DNA of 64,000 nucleotides from Candidatus Aenigmatarchaeota archaeon (GCA_016198755.1 JACQIB010000005.1:48931-112930), one strand, 5' to 3'; positions 40,962 to 49,753 are shown, counted from the stretch's first letter. A program made the numbers and translations. Notes: generated from the letters alone by a model not told the origin.

Positions 40962-41342
40962 TTACCCAATCTTCACTGAGCCTGCTCTCCATATTGACTC
41001 AATAGCCACTATAACTGCAGCTGGTGCTGCAAGTGCTGCAAGATTGCCCACGATATCACCCAAGTAACCCCCAACTGATGGGAAGTCCTTTAGGGAGAAC
41101 TTGGCTGCTCCTGCAAGCAACAGAGCTATTGTTGCCAATAGGAAGGTCTCGGATTCATCCTTGGATACTGAACCCCAGCCGAGAGCTGCTAATAGCCCTA
41201 CAACTGTTCCCAGTACTACCAAGGCGCTTCCTGCCCAGGGAAGGGTTGCGGAACCGACTACTCCTGCTACTACTGAGATTATTACTCCCAGTATGAACAG
41301 ATAGCCGCTTACCTTTACCCAGTCACCTGTTTTTCCTGCCAT
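40962..41342 (-). CDS. small membrane protein
   Basis: 126 aa with 4 Gly/Ala/Val-rich TM helices. Confidence 0.6.
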   Translation of the reverse strand: MAGKTGDWVKVSGYLFILGVIISVVAGVVGSATLPWAGSALVVLGTVVGLLAALGWGSVSKDESETFLLATIALLLAGAAKFSLKDFPSVGGYLGDIVGNLAALAAPAAVIVAIESIWRAGSVKIG

Positions 41343-41431
41343 TGGTTTTCACCTTTACTTCTATTGGAAAGGGGTATACTTAAAGCTAACCCTAGCAAAA
41401 GCCGTATTATATTAGGTTTATATACCCCCTT

Positions 41432-41455
41432 AAAATACGGTAAATGCCGTATTTT
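41432..41455. repeat. perfect 9-bp inverted repeat (hairpin) in an intergenic region
   Basis: aaaatacgg-taaatg-ccgtatttt, with a third ccgtatt copy at 41402-41408. It lies just downstream of the 41480..41878 gene (minus strand). It could be a terminator or an operator. Confidence 0.5.
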
Positions 41456-41479
41456 CTAAGAATTTCCTTTATAAAGTGG

Positions 41480-41878
41480 CTATCGAGCCGGATTTGAACT
41501 TGGAAAGAATACCTTTCTATATTGCTCTATCTCCTCTGGTGTCGCAGGAGTAGGATCTGTGCACAATTCTTGCAGCTCATGATGCCTTAATAGCCGTTCG
41601 TCTCCGTCAATAAAACATCCTAAAGTAGTTCCTTTTTCCAGAGTAGCTGGAATATGAACAACAAGTTTTTCCTCTCCTGAAAATTGGGAGAATCCTCGTG
41701 GCCTGACACCCATCTCAAGCAATTCTAAAACATTTACAAAGGGATTTGGATTGGCAAAGAGTTTTGGATCGGTATCTGGATGAGCTGATGCTGCTTCCCA
41801 TGTTACATAGCTCACTGCATATGCTGCTGCATGACCCTGTTCAGTGGGTATATGTACCCTGGCTGGATACTGCAGCAT
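41480..41878 (-). CDS. hypothetical protein
   Basis: 132 aa, ATG start. No motif recognised. MLQYPARV... faintly echoes VYPARV of the 204-aa neighbour. Confidence 0.55.
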   Translation of the reverse strand: MLQYPARVHIPTEQGHAAAYAVSYVTWEAASAHPDTDPKLFANPNPFVNVLELLEMGVRPRGFSQFSGEEKLVVHIPATLEKGTTLGCFIDGDERLLRHHELQELCTDPTPATPEEIEQYRKVFFPSSNPAR

Positions 41879-41970
41879 TTACTTTAGATGATACCGCATC
41901 CGACAGTGGTGCATCTGATATTACCATATTGAAAATGAGGAAACAAATCTATTTAAAGTGAACTTTTGTG

Positions 41971-42504
41971 CTATAGAACCCTTCTTACAGCAGCATTAAA
42001 GTCAAACCTTAATTCTTTTGCTATGTCAGCGGCTCTCTGTTTTAGAGAATTTGAGTTAATTTCACCCATGGATGGAGGACGTTCTCCATATCCTAAAAAG
42101 AAAAACATCTTTTTCTGGGTGGGAAATACTAAAATATCCTCTTCTGGTATGCCTGCGCCATGTTGAGAATACTGCAACTTTGCCATGAACAACTCAGCAT
42201 TTATCCCTGTGGGGAACTCTGTGCTGGGAAAGGCCCTGCCTGCATTAGGCACAACAATATGTGTTAGTCCATTTACCTCCCTTGCCCAAGCCATGCCAGC
42301 AGCAGCCCTCCTTGTTATCTCATCTTGCAAAGCAACATAATTTCCAACAGTGCCTGAAATAACATAATCTGTAGAGAGCCTGCGTGGCCATATTCTATAT
42401 CCATTATAATGTTTTACATGCTCCAGCGGGAGAAATCCGCGCAGACAAATCGAAGAACCTTCACTATCAAAACCGGCGTTATTCTCTGTAATATATGTTG
42501 GCAT
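41971..42504 (-). CDS. hypothetical protein, paralog of 42545..43159
   Basis: 177 aa. FLPLEHVKHYNGYRIWPRRLSTDYVISG aligns with FVPLRKYAGDRLIWPAGLSADTVYPA. GYGERPPSMGE aligns with YRGKPPSTGK. Confidence 0.65.
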   Translation of the reverse strand: MPTYITENNAGFDSEGSSICLRGFLPLEHVKHYNGYRIWPRRLSTDYVISGTVGNYVALQDEITRRAAAGMAWAREVNGLTHIVVPNAGRAFPSTEFPTGINAELFMAKLQYSQHGAGIPEEDILVFPTQKKMFFFLGYGERPPSMGEINSNSLKQRAADIAKELRFDFNAAVRRVL

Positions 42505-42544
42505 ATAGAAAAGGGAGAAAGAAAGCTATTTAAATAGATATTTT

Positions 42545-43159
42545 TTAATCTTCTGTTTCCCAGAACTCCTGCCTTCCAGCTACCGGAAACCAATGATCTG
42601 GAACAGAACTAACAACTTTGCTCTCTAAAGTTTGGCGCTGTTTGCCTGTAGAAGGGGGTTTTCCCCTGTATTGCAACCTATAGTACATCATACCCGCCAG
42701 AAACCTAAACATAACAGACTCGGTTCCTATCCATGGATGCCTGTCTTCGGGGAGAATATACCACAGAGTTGCTCCAACAAGCTTAGCTCTCTCCGTTACT
42801 AAAGGCTCTTCGCGGAATGATCTACAGCCAGGAAATATTGCCTCAGTATTCCCATGATTCTTTGCCATTGTTATTGGATCAGCAGAGGTGCCCAAAGAGT
42901 TTCTTAGACTTTCCATTACAACAGTATCTTCACCTTTAAAAACATACGACATATTTACTCGGGCTGGATAAACAGTATCTGCGCTCAAGCCAGCAGGCCA
43001 TATCAATCTATCCCCAGCATATTTTCTCAGTGGGACAAATCTTTCCACCACTGGATTGGAAACAGGATTATATCCTGGATTAAGAGTTCTATAAAAAGTT
43101 CTTTCTTCATCCTCAGCAACGCGAGTCGGCTCTAAACCCAGCAAAGACATTACTCCCAT
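42545..43159 (-). CDS. hypothetical protein, paralog of 41971..42504
   Basis: 204 aa. See the alignment notes for the neighbouring gene. Confidence 0.65.
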   Translation of the reverse strand: MGVMSLLGLEPTRVAEDEERTFYRTLNPGYNPVSNPVVERFVPLRKYAGDRLIWPAGLSADTVYPARVNMSYVFKGEDTVVMESLRNSLGTSADPITMAKNHGNTEAIFPGCRSFREEPLVTERAKLVGATLWYILPEDRHPWIGTESVMFRFLAGMMYYRLQYRGKPPSTGKQRQTLESKVVSSVPDHWFPVAGRQEFWETED

Positions 43160-43213
43160 TCAAAGGACTGTACAAAACAAACCTTTTAAACCTTTGCTTT
43201 TGGAAGAGAAAAG

Positions 43214-43304
43214 TGGTAGCGGAGGCTTGATTTGAACAAGCGACCTTCGGGTGTTTCAAGTTTTTTATGAGCCCGACGAGCACTCCAGGCTGCTCCACTC
43301 CGCT
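43214..43304 (-). tRNA. tRNA-Met (CAU), initiator-type, with putative 13-nt intron after position 37 and encoded CCA
   Basis: Hand-folded from the minus strand. Acceptor AGCGGAG/CUCCGCU (A1:U72). D arm GAGC-AGCCUGGAGU-GCUC. Anticodon stem UCGGG/CCCGA (three G:C pairs next to the loop). Loop CUCAUA[AAAAACUUGAAAC]A. T arm GCUUG-UUCAAAU-CAAGC. Ends ACCA. A TATA-like cttaaatag lies about 30 nt upstream. Confidence 0.8.
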
Positions 43305-43577
43305 GTTCCTCTCTTTAGCCCCATTCTATTTAAGCCTTTCCGCGCGATTGTTCGGAAAAATACTGTGAAAAACATACCTTTCTAAATAGGTTTTTTCCCA
43401 AGTCAGATTTGGTGAGAAAATGGGATGTAATTCAAGGCAGCTGAAAAGCAGGATTGAAAGGAATTTGAGGGAAAGGTGGAACAACAGACCACGCTACCCA
43501 ACAAACCAGCCTGCAAGTTATGGACTACGGTCTGGGGATTCTCTGTATAAAGAAAAAGGGTTATAATAGACAGGAAT

Positions 43578-43907
43578 TTAAGAAACCTTTTCAGGTATTC
43601 CCTCTGATAGGTCAAAAACCTTCCAGTCTTTATAATTAAGTTTAACTGCGAGCAAAGCTTTTGCACCGCAGCTTTCAGCTGCTTTTTTAAGCTGGTTTAG
43701 CTGTTCCAGATGTTCGCGGCTATAGAAAGTTTTCTTTCTACTTTTTACCTCAATCAAATGTGTTACACCGCTGCGCACAGCAATTAAATCGCATATTGCT
43801 GTATCCCCAACTCCTGATCCAGCCACCCTGTGAACTAAAAACCCCTTTGAGCTTAAATGTTCCAGAAACTCCCTCTCCCTGCGCGAGCCTTTGCTATTCT
43901 GTGCCAT
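43578..43907 (-). CDS. hjc: Holliday junction resolvase Hjc
   Basis: GSRREREFLEHLSSKGFLVHRVAGSG...DLIAVRSG..HLIEVKSRKK matches the E...D...EVK nuclease motif. ATG at 43907 (the track start at 43940 is further upstream). Confidence 0.8.
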   Translation of the reverse strand: MAQNSKGSRREREFLEHLSSKGFLVHRVAGSGVGDTAICDLIAVRSGVTHLIEVKSRKKTFYSREHLEQLNQLKKAAESCGAKALLAVKLNYKDWKVFDLSEGIPEKVS

Positions 43908-44040
43908 AATCAAACCTCTCTGGTTTGAGTACGCAAACATATAACGTGTTTGCTGTAATCAAAACCTCTGTGTTTTGGGTATGTTAAACCCATGGGGGTT
44001 TCCCATGGTAAATAAATAGATTGCAACCTATAAAAGTCCC

Positions 44041-44964
44041 ATGCCTGGATTCAAGGATTTCAGTGGAAGGAAAGAAACAATTTCTTCAATGCTTCGTTTT
44101 GTTCAGGGCTGGAGAAAAGGAAAGGGATTCCTGATTTATGGGCCTTCTGGAACAGGTAAAAGCTCACTTGTAAGAACTTTAGCATATGAAACCGGAAGGG
44201 AATTAATAGAATGCACTGCAGCTGACTCCAGAGCTGCAGAAATGCTTGAAAAAACCATTGGATCTGCTTCAAAACAGAAGAGTTTGGTTGGAAAGGATAA
44301 AATAATTTTAGTAGACGAAGTGGATGCTCTTGCAGCGGGAGAGGGTGGAGCTATAATAGCAAAAATAATAAAAACCAGCTCTTATCCTGTTTTTCTTACA
44401 GCAAACAAACCCTTCCTTCCAAAGCTCTCACAGATAAGGGAGTGCTGTAATCTGCTGGAAGTCAGAGGACTTTCAAAAGCTGAGATTGAGAAGGAACTGA
44501 TAGGAAAGGGTATTGATAAGGGAAGGGCAGGGGAAATTGCTGCTGCAGCAGCTGGAGATTATAGGGCTGCACTATTGGGTATAGAAGGTACTGATGGAAA
44601 GGATTTGGAAAAAACTGTTTTTGAGCTTCTTGGAGCTGTTTTCTACTCTAATCCAAAGGATGCTAAAGCAGCGCTGGAAAACCCTGCAGTAGATGGGGGG
44701 GAACTTATCAGGTGGATAGAAGAGAACTTGCCCAGTGTTTATTCCGGAAAAGAGCTGGAAAAGGCTTTTGATTTGCTTAGCAAAGCTGATCTGGCAAAAG
44801 GAAAAAGAGCTAAAATTTACCTTAGTCTTTTGTCTTCTTTAAAGGGAAAAAAGAGCTTTTTCAAGTATCCTAAATGGATACAAAAACCTGATGTGGAAAA
44901 CCTGCCTCACTGTTCTGCTAGAAAATCTGCTGTAGAAAAGAGCTTCATTAAAGGAAAACTTTAA
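44041..44964 (+). CDS. rfcL: AAA+ ATPase, replication factor C large-subunit-like (short)
   Basis: 307 aa. ...MLRFVQGWRKGKGFLIYGPSGTGKSSLVRTLAYETGRELIECTAADSR (Walker A). Walker B IILVDEVDAL. Sensor LTANKP. The C-terminal region is much shorter than in typical archaeal RFC-L. Confidence 0.55.
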   Translation: MPGFKDFSGRKETISSMLRFVQGWRKGKGFLIYGPSGTGKSSLVRTLAYETGRELIECTAADSRAAEMLEKTIGSASKQKSLVGKDKIILVDEVDALAAGEGGAIIAKIIKTSSYPVFLTANKPFLPKLSQIRECCNLLEVRGLSKAEIEKELIGKGIDKGRAGEIAAAAAGDYRAALLGIEGTDGKDLEKTVFELLGAVFYSNPKDAKAALENPAVDGGELIRWIEENLPSVYSGKELEKAFDLLSKADLAKGKRAKIYLSLLSSLKGKKSFFKYPKWIQKPDVENLPHCSARKSAVEKSFIKGKL

Positions 44965-45368
44965 ATTTCCCTTACAGCAGAGCGCGCACCGCATGCCTGG
45001 CATTTTAACTGCAAAATCCTGTTCTGCATTATAAGGTCTGTGTCAGGCCTTTTGCATTCTTTGCAAATAACAAATTCTGTTTTATAACTTTCAATTTTCT
45101 GCTGCAAAATCCTTGCTGACAGTTTTGTCTGGAATGTACAGCGATCCTCGTCTATCGATCCTGGGGAAGCAAGCTCTTTGCTCAGAAACTTTAACAAATG
45201 CTTTGGCTCGCGTCTGAGAGATTTTGCTATCGGGGAAAAATTCTTTACTATTGTTGAGGTTCCTTGGAACAACAATTCAGGTTCAGGAACTTCGAGCCTT
45301 TCTGTTCCTTTCTCAGTTTTAGGCAGCTTTTCAAAAGCCGAATGCAGCATTTCCTCATAGGTTTTCAT
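44961..45368 (-). CDS. eif2b: translation initiation factor aIF2 subunit beta
   Basis: ATG at 45368: MKTYEEMLHSAFEKLPK...ERLEVPEPE...IVKNFSPIAKSLRREPKHLLKFLSKELA.... C4 zinc ribbon CKECKRPDT...CQACG. Confidence 0.85.
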   Translation of the reverse strand: MKTYEEMLHSAFEKLPKTEKGTERLEVPEPELLFQGTSTIVKNFSPIAKSLRREPKHLLKFLSKELASPGSIDEDRCTFQTKLSARILQQKIESYKTEFVICKECKRPDTDLIMQNRILQLKCQACGARSAVREI

Positions 45369-45441
45369 ACTGCCTCTTTCTCTCTTAGGGCTTAAATAGG
45401 TTTTGCTAGGGTTATGTTTATTCAAGACCGTAGTCAGGAAC

Positions 45442-45963
45442 TTAAATGGAGTGGTGAAGATCAGGATTAAAGCCCCTTGACTGGCTCTTTAGAATTCTCA
45501 TCCCAGTCTCTTTTGCAGCAGATTCAAAGGCATCCCTTTCTAGAAATCTATGGGGAGATTGGAAAACCCCGTAACCGCGTCCCCTGAGATAAACATCAAG
45601 CCAACAGCGGGGAGTGTTTTTTGTGTAAAGCAGGTGAGCTGAGTGCATTCCCATGTTTACACCATCGCTTAACTCTAAACCCTCCTCCAGCCTTCCAATT
45701 CCATATGCAACAATTACCAGTTCATTCCCATCTTCCATTGGAGCTACTGTCCTTGCATATGTTTTCTCCCTGATGGTTTCACAGAAGCCAGTATCCCAGA
45801 AATCAGCAGGCAGAGTTGAAATGCTCCTTGGTTTTGGAAAGCCAAAAGAATAGGCTACATTAGCATAACATGGATAAACCCCGTTAACAGGCATATAAGC
45901 CATTACTTTAGCAGGAGTTGACACTGTACCAAAACCAGGATCACTTGTTAATAAGCCTCTCAT
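45442..45963 (-). CDS. hypothetical protein
   Basis: 173 aa, ATG start. No motif recognised. Confidence 0.6.
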   Translation of the reverse strand: MRGLLTSDPGFGTVSTPAKVMAYMPVNGVYPCYANVAYSFGFPKPRSISTLPADFWDTGFCETIREKTYARTVAPMEDGNELVIVAYGIGRLEEGLELSDGVNMGMHSAHLLYTKNTPRCWLDVYLRGRGYGVFQSPHRFLERDAFESAAKETGMRILKSQSRGFNPDLHHSI

Positions 45964-45995
45964 AAGCTATTTGGTGAAAGAAAGCTTTATAAAAG

Positions 45996-46745
45996 CTATA
46001 TTTTCTTCAGGAAACCTGCGCGGGGCTCAAAGCAGATGCCATCCTCTAAAAGAGCTGATATTGCAGAATCTACAGCAGGCTCTGGAAAGGCAAGAGACTT
46101 TGCCACAGCTGAATATTCAGCCCCGCTTCCCTTATCTAGGCTTTCTATAGCAACCAGAACTTTGTCCTTTACTTCAGTTTCCTTCAGAACATTTTCCTCT
46201 GTTTTTTGCTCTATAAGCTCCTGAGCTTCATGTATAGCTTCCACATCATCAGCCTGTACTCCCTGTGCTCCGGCTAAAACTTTCAATTCAGCCAAATCTG
46301 CAGCTTGTTTCTGCAGCTGGTGCACAATGGAAATTTTCTTGCGCTGATCCTGCAAAAGTTTTTTAAGCTCCAAAACCCTTAAAGTTTCAAAATTTGAGGT
46401 AACACCGCGTATTATTTCAGGTGCAAGATACACTTCCCCGTTATATTCCCTAACCTTCCCTGTAACATCCACTAAATCTCCGGATTTAAACCCTTCAAGC
46501 ATTTTTATATTAACAAAAACCTTGCACCTTAATGTATCAGAGCCATCATCCAATGTTATAGAACCATAGTTGCCGTCTTCTGAAACAAATTTATCCACAA
46601 TCAAACCAAGAGTCCTGATTCTGCTCATTCTCCTTCCTAGGGATGTTATTATATAGCTGCTTTCAAACCCTGATTTTTTAACAAACTTTCCTTTTACAAT
46701 CTCCTCAATCCCTGCTTTCTTTGCTGTAAGTCTTTTCTTCTCCAT
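45996..46745 (-). CDS. OB-fold plus C-terminal winged-helix protein (RPA2/RPA32-like)
   Basis: ATG at 46745 (the track start at 46754 is TTG). The OB-like core is IRTLGLIVDKFVSEDGNYGSITLDDGSDTLRCKVF...GDLVDVTGKVREYNGEVYLAPE, followed by an acidic linker. The C-terminus ...LLEDGICFEPRAGFLKKI mirrors the C-terminus of MCM. Confidence 0.55.
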   Translation of the reverse strand: MEKKRLTAKKAGIEEIVKGKFVKKSGFESSYIITSLGRRMSRIRTLGLIVDKFVSEDGNYGSITLDDGSDTLRCKVFVNIKMLEGFKSGDLVDVTGKVREYNGEVYLAPEIIRGVTSNFETLRVLELKKLLQDQRKKISIVHQLQKQAADLAELKVLAGAQGVQADDVEAIHEAQELIEQKTEENVLKETEVKDKVLVAIESLDKGSGAEYSAVAKSLAFPEPAVDSAISALLEDGICFEPRAGFLKKI

Positions 46746-46786
46746 CTGCACCAACCCTCATTTTTCTGTTAAAAGTATTTATAGGG

Positions 46787-48790
46787 CTAAATTTTCTGCA
46801 CAAAACCTGTGCGCGGCTCGAAAATCATACCCTCCCTCTTAAGCCTCTGTAAAAGTTCCTCGAAATCCTTCTCGTTTATACCTTCATCCTCTGCTGCAGC
46901 AAGCAGCTCTTCTTTTGGAATCTGCTTTCCTAAACTCTTTTCAAGCTTTCCAATCAAATCCAGTATCATTGTTATCTTTGTCCTTTGGGAAGCCGGTGTT
47001 CCTCCTTCCAGCTTATCCACATCAAGCTTTCCTGTCTCATAATCATATCCAAGCTGTTTTATTGATTCCTGCATCACATTTATTGCTCTTTCAGCATCCT
47101 GAACTTCAACTGTTGGAGATAGCCTTATTTTAGCTGAAGCTTCTGAAAGCCTGATTAATGCTTCGTTCTGCCTGAGTGTTATTGCTACTGTGTTTGAGCC
47201 TGAGTATAGACTTCTCATTGTCAGATAAAACTGCTTTAACCTCTCAGCTGCTTCGCGTGTCATTATTGGATGGGCATTTTTCCTGCAATAAGCTATGTAT
47301 TTTCTCAAAAACTCTGGCTTGATTAGAGGTTCTACTTTTTCTGGTGCAAGCCTTGTTTCCAGAATATGCGCAGCTAACTTTTCATCCTTTACTGGATCTG
47401 GAATATCTCTCAGGGCAAACTTTAGGTCAAACCTGCTTAACAGAGTATCTGGTATTGTTAATTGTTCAGCTATAGATTTGTATGGATCAAATCTGGAAAA
47501 TTTTGGATTTGCACCAGCCAATACAGAAACCTGAGCTGGGAGCGTTGCAACTATAGAGGCTTTTGCTATGCTCACAGTCTGCTGTTCTAAAGCCTCGTGC
47601 ATAGCAACCTGATCCTCAACTGAAATTTTGTCAAACTCATCTATTGCCATTATTCCCTTATTTGCCAGAACCATTGCGCCTGCTTCCAGCACCCAGCCTC
47701 CCATTAACTCCTCATCTTTGACTACAGTCGCGGTCAGACCAGCGCCAGTTGCACCCCTTCCTGAAACATACTTGCCGCGCGGGATTATTGAGGAAGTGAG
47801 CTTTAGCAATTGGGATTTTGCCACTCCCGGATCTCCTAAAAGCAAAACGTGAATATCGCCCCTGATTTTTGTACCATCAGGGAACTTATGCCTGACACCC
47901 CCGAAAAGTTGCAATATTATAGCATCCTTAATCTCACCCAGACCGTATATCGAGGGAGCAAGAGACTCGCGCAGCTTTTTATAAATCTCCGGATCTGCTG
48001 CAAACTCCATTATCTTTTCCTCATCCTGAGCTGTTGTGTTTACCTCTTCCCACTCTACATCAGTTGATTCAATGGAATTTGTTTCTATGAACATCTCCAT
48101 TTGAGTTTTCATTCTTCCCTTTATCATCCTATGCAGCTCTTTTACAATCCCTACAATCTTCAGCCTGTTGCCAGGGTCTGTTTTCCTCTGCATATCAGGA
48201 GTTGTCAGATCCTCTTTCATGGAAATATTTACTTCACCTGGCCTTTCCCCGCTTGCTGTTTCATAAGGCTCCTCCAAAGTTATAACACGGGAATCATACA
48301 GCTTCCTGTCCACCATATCAAACCTTGCTTTTATTCCGCATTCAGGACAGGCTACTGGGCCGTTTAACATCCTTTCCTTCTGCTCAACACCAAATTTTGC
48401 AGTACATTCAGGGCACTGGAAAATAGCTATTGAAATTTCCGGCCTGACCTCAGAAGCTCTCCTTACTGTACCTTCTACAGCAATAAATTTCCCTATATGT
48501 TCTGAACGTAAGCTGCGTATCCTTATTGTTGCTGATTCCGGCAAATTAATGAACCTGACTTTAAACCCTTCTGTTCCTTCAGGAACATCAAGCTCGCGCA
48601 GGGCAAAGTTTACAATGGGCAGGAGCCTTTCTGGTTCGTTTAAAAGCTTGTCAGCCAGTTCAGGATCAAATTTATCCAGATTTGAAAAATCAACTGCAAT
48701 AGATTTTTTTCCTTCCCTTGTAGCTGTCAGTAAATCCTGCTCATAAAACTGCCTTAAAAATTCCTCAAATCTTTCCTGTTCATTATCCAT
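46787..48790 (-). CDS. mcm: minichromosome maintenance (MCM) replicative helicase
   Basis: Zn finger CPECTAKF...CPECG. Walker A GDPGVAKSQLL. Walker B AIDEFDK. Arg finger LLSRFDL. C-terminal wH ...REGMIFEPRTGFVQKI. ATG at 48790 (MDNEQERFEEFLRQFY) with GGTGGG upstream. The track extension to 48922 is unlikely. No intein. Confidence 0.92.
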   Translation of the reverse strand: MDNEQERFEEFLRQFYEQDLLTATREGKKSIAVDFSNLDKFDPELADKLLNEPERLLPIVNFALRELDVPEGTEGFKVRFINLPESATIRIRSLRSEHIGKFIAVEGTVRRASEVRPEISIAIFQCPECTAKFGVEQKERMLNGPVACPECGIKARFDMVDRKLYDSRVITLEEPYETASGERPGEVNISMKEDLTTPDMQRKTDPGNRLKIVGIVKELHRMIKGRMKTQMEMFIETNSIESTDVEWEEVNTTAQDEEKIMEFAADPEIYKKLRESLAPSIYGLGEIKDAIILQLFGGVRHKFPDGTKIRGDIHVLLLGDPGVAKSQLLKLTSSIIPRGKYVSGRGATGAGLTATVVKDEELMGGWVLEAGAMVLANKGIMAIDEFDKISVEDQVAMHEALEQQTVSIAKASIVATLPAQVSVLAGANPKFSRFDPYKSIAEQLTIPDTLLSRFDLKFALRDIPDPVKDEKLAAHILETRLAPEKVEPLIKPEFLRKYIAYCRKNAHPIMTREAAERLKQFYLTMRSLYSGSNTVAITLRQNEALIRLSEASAKIRLSPTVEVQDAERAINVMQESIKQLGYDYETGKLDVDKLEGGTPASQRTKITMILDLIGKLEKSLGKQIPKEELLAAAEDEGINEKDFEELLQRLKREGMIFEPRTGFVQKI

Positions 48791-48987
48791 TTTCCCACCC
48801 AAAAAGAGTTGGAGAGAATAGAATTTCCAAAGGTTAAATAGCTGAATGGAACTGAGAAAAAGTGAATCCATGGGAAATTTTTTCTTTAACCTAAGCTTCC
48901 AGTGGGCAGGTAAACTGCTCAACAGAAAAGTTCTTAAACCTACCTACGGGAAAGAAAGTATTAATTCTAGATTTGAGAATTTATTCC

Positions 48988-49395
48988 ATGGCTGTGGGGG
49001 CTGCAGAAGGGGTAAGAGAGGTGGTGGATGTTGATTTTTTAGCTGTTGCTATAGAACAACCAGTACTATTGGCTCTTATGCTAGATCTTAATGGCCGGAG
49101 ACCGATGGATAGGGGTGCTTATGGAACTGCTTTCACATCAAGATACAACAAAGAGCATCAACCCCCTACTACACAACAATACGTGGATGGTGTAATAGGA
49201 ATTCTGGTTGAGAGAGGTATTGTTGGAACAACTCCAACAATTGATGGAGAAGATGTTTATGTCAATAAAGGACAACAGGCTCTGTTCGCTGTGCTTGGAA
49301 AATACAAAGTTGAAAGTGGTTGTGTTATTACAAAACCCAATGGACATTCAACACCGAGAAGCCAGCTACCTATTTTTGAACAAAAACAAACTTAG
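48988..49395 (+). CDS. hypothetical protein (possible wHTH)
   Basis: ATG at 48988: MAVGAAEGVREVVDVDFLAVAIEQPVLLALMLDLNGRRPMDRG.... Its last codons lie inside repeat copy A. Confidence 0.5.
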   Translation: MAVGAAEGVREVVDVDFLAVAIEQPVLLALMLDLNGRRPMDRGAYGTAFTSRYNKEHQPPTTQQYVDGVIGILVERGIVGTTPTIDGEDVYVNKGQQALFAVLGKYKVESGCVITKPNGHSTPRSQLPIFEQKQT

Positions 49396-49448
49396 CTCTG
49401 TATTATTTTTTTATTAAGATTCTTCAGCCTCTTATCTACCTTTACAAC
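49372..49448. repeat. copy A: duplicate of the tbp 3-prime end plus its downstream flank
   Basis: atttttgaacaaaaacaaacttagctctgtattatttttttattaagattcttcagcctcttatctacctttacaac is nearly identical to 50048-50121 (a few substitutions, a 2-nt indel and a 1-nt indel). Confidence 0.85.
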
Positions 49449-49464
49449 GACCCGTCTTATATGC

Positions 49465-49731
49465 TTAATTCCTTCTGAGCTTTTTGTATACTACGCTCCT
49501 ATGATCTACTAACCTAACAAATATTTCCCTTTTTGATTCCTCTATATCCAATATAACCCTATAGTCACCAACCCTTAGCTTATACCCGTTGTCTCCGGCT
49601 AAACGGGAAACGAAGATATGTGGGCTTTCTTTTAGAGACTCTATTTTAAGAAATATTCTTCTCGCAAGAATATGCTCCAATTTTCTCATTTGTTCCAGAG
49701 ATTTCGGATCCCACAATATTTTATATGCCAC
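49465..49731 (-). CDS. relE: RelE/ParE-family toxin
   Basis: 88 aa. MAYKILWDPKSLEQMRKL...GYKLRVGDYRVILDIEESKREIFVRLVDHRSVVYKK is the typical RelE/ParE C-terminal pattern. Confidence 0.75.
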   Translation of the reverse strand: MAYKILWDPKSLEQMRKLEHILARRIFLKIESLKESPHIFVSRLAGDNGYKLRVGDYRVILDIEESKREIFVRLVDHRSVVYKKLRRN

Positions 49732-49753
49732 AAGAATATTGCTGTCCGCTCCC

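Noticed and set aside
43113-43298. 61-aa minus-strand ORF between 42545..43159 and hjc
   Set aside because: It overlaps almost exactly a well-folding tRNA-Met gene (43214..43304), so the ORF is coincidental.
43403-43666. 87-aa minus-strand ORF overlapping the 3-prime end of hjc
   Set aside because: It is out of frame with and overlaps the Hjc coding sequence. Its low-complexity product has no start context. The non-coding part is listed separately as an unexplained interval.
48791-48922. N-terminal 44-codon extension of MCM in the ORF track, and analogous extensions of tbp (50620..50745), MTAP (53232..53306), hjc, aIF2-beta and PGI/PMI
   Set aside because: The extensions start at weak or alternative codons, encode low-complexity peptides absent from these conserved families, and in several cases overlap neighbouring genes or promoter TATA boxes. 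Internal ATGs with GGTG-type SD give canonical N-termini.
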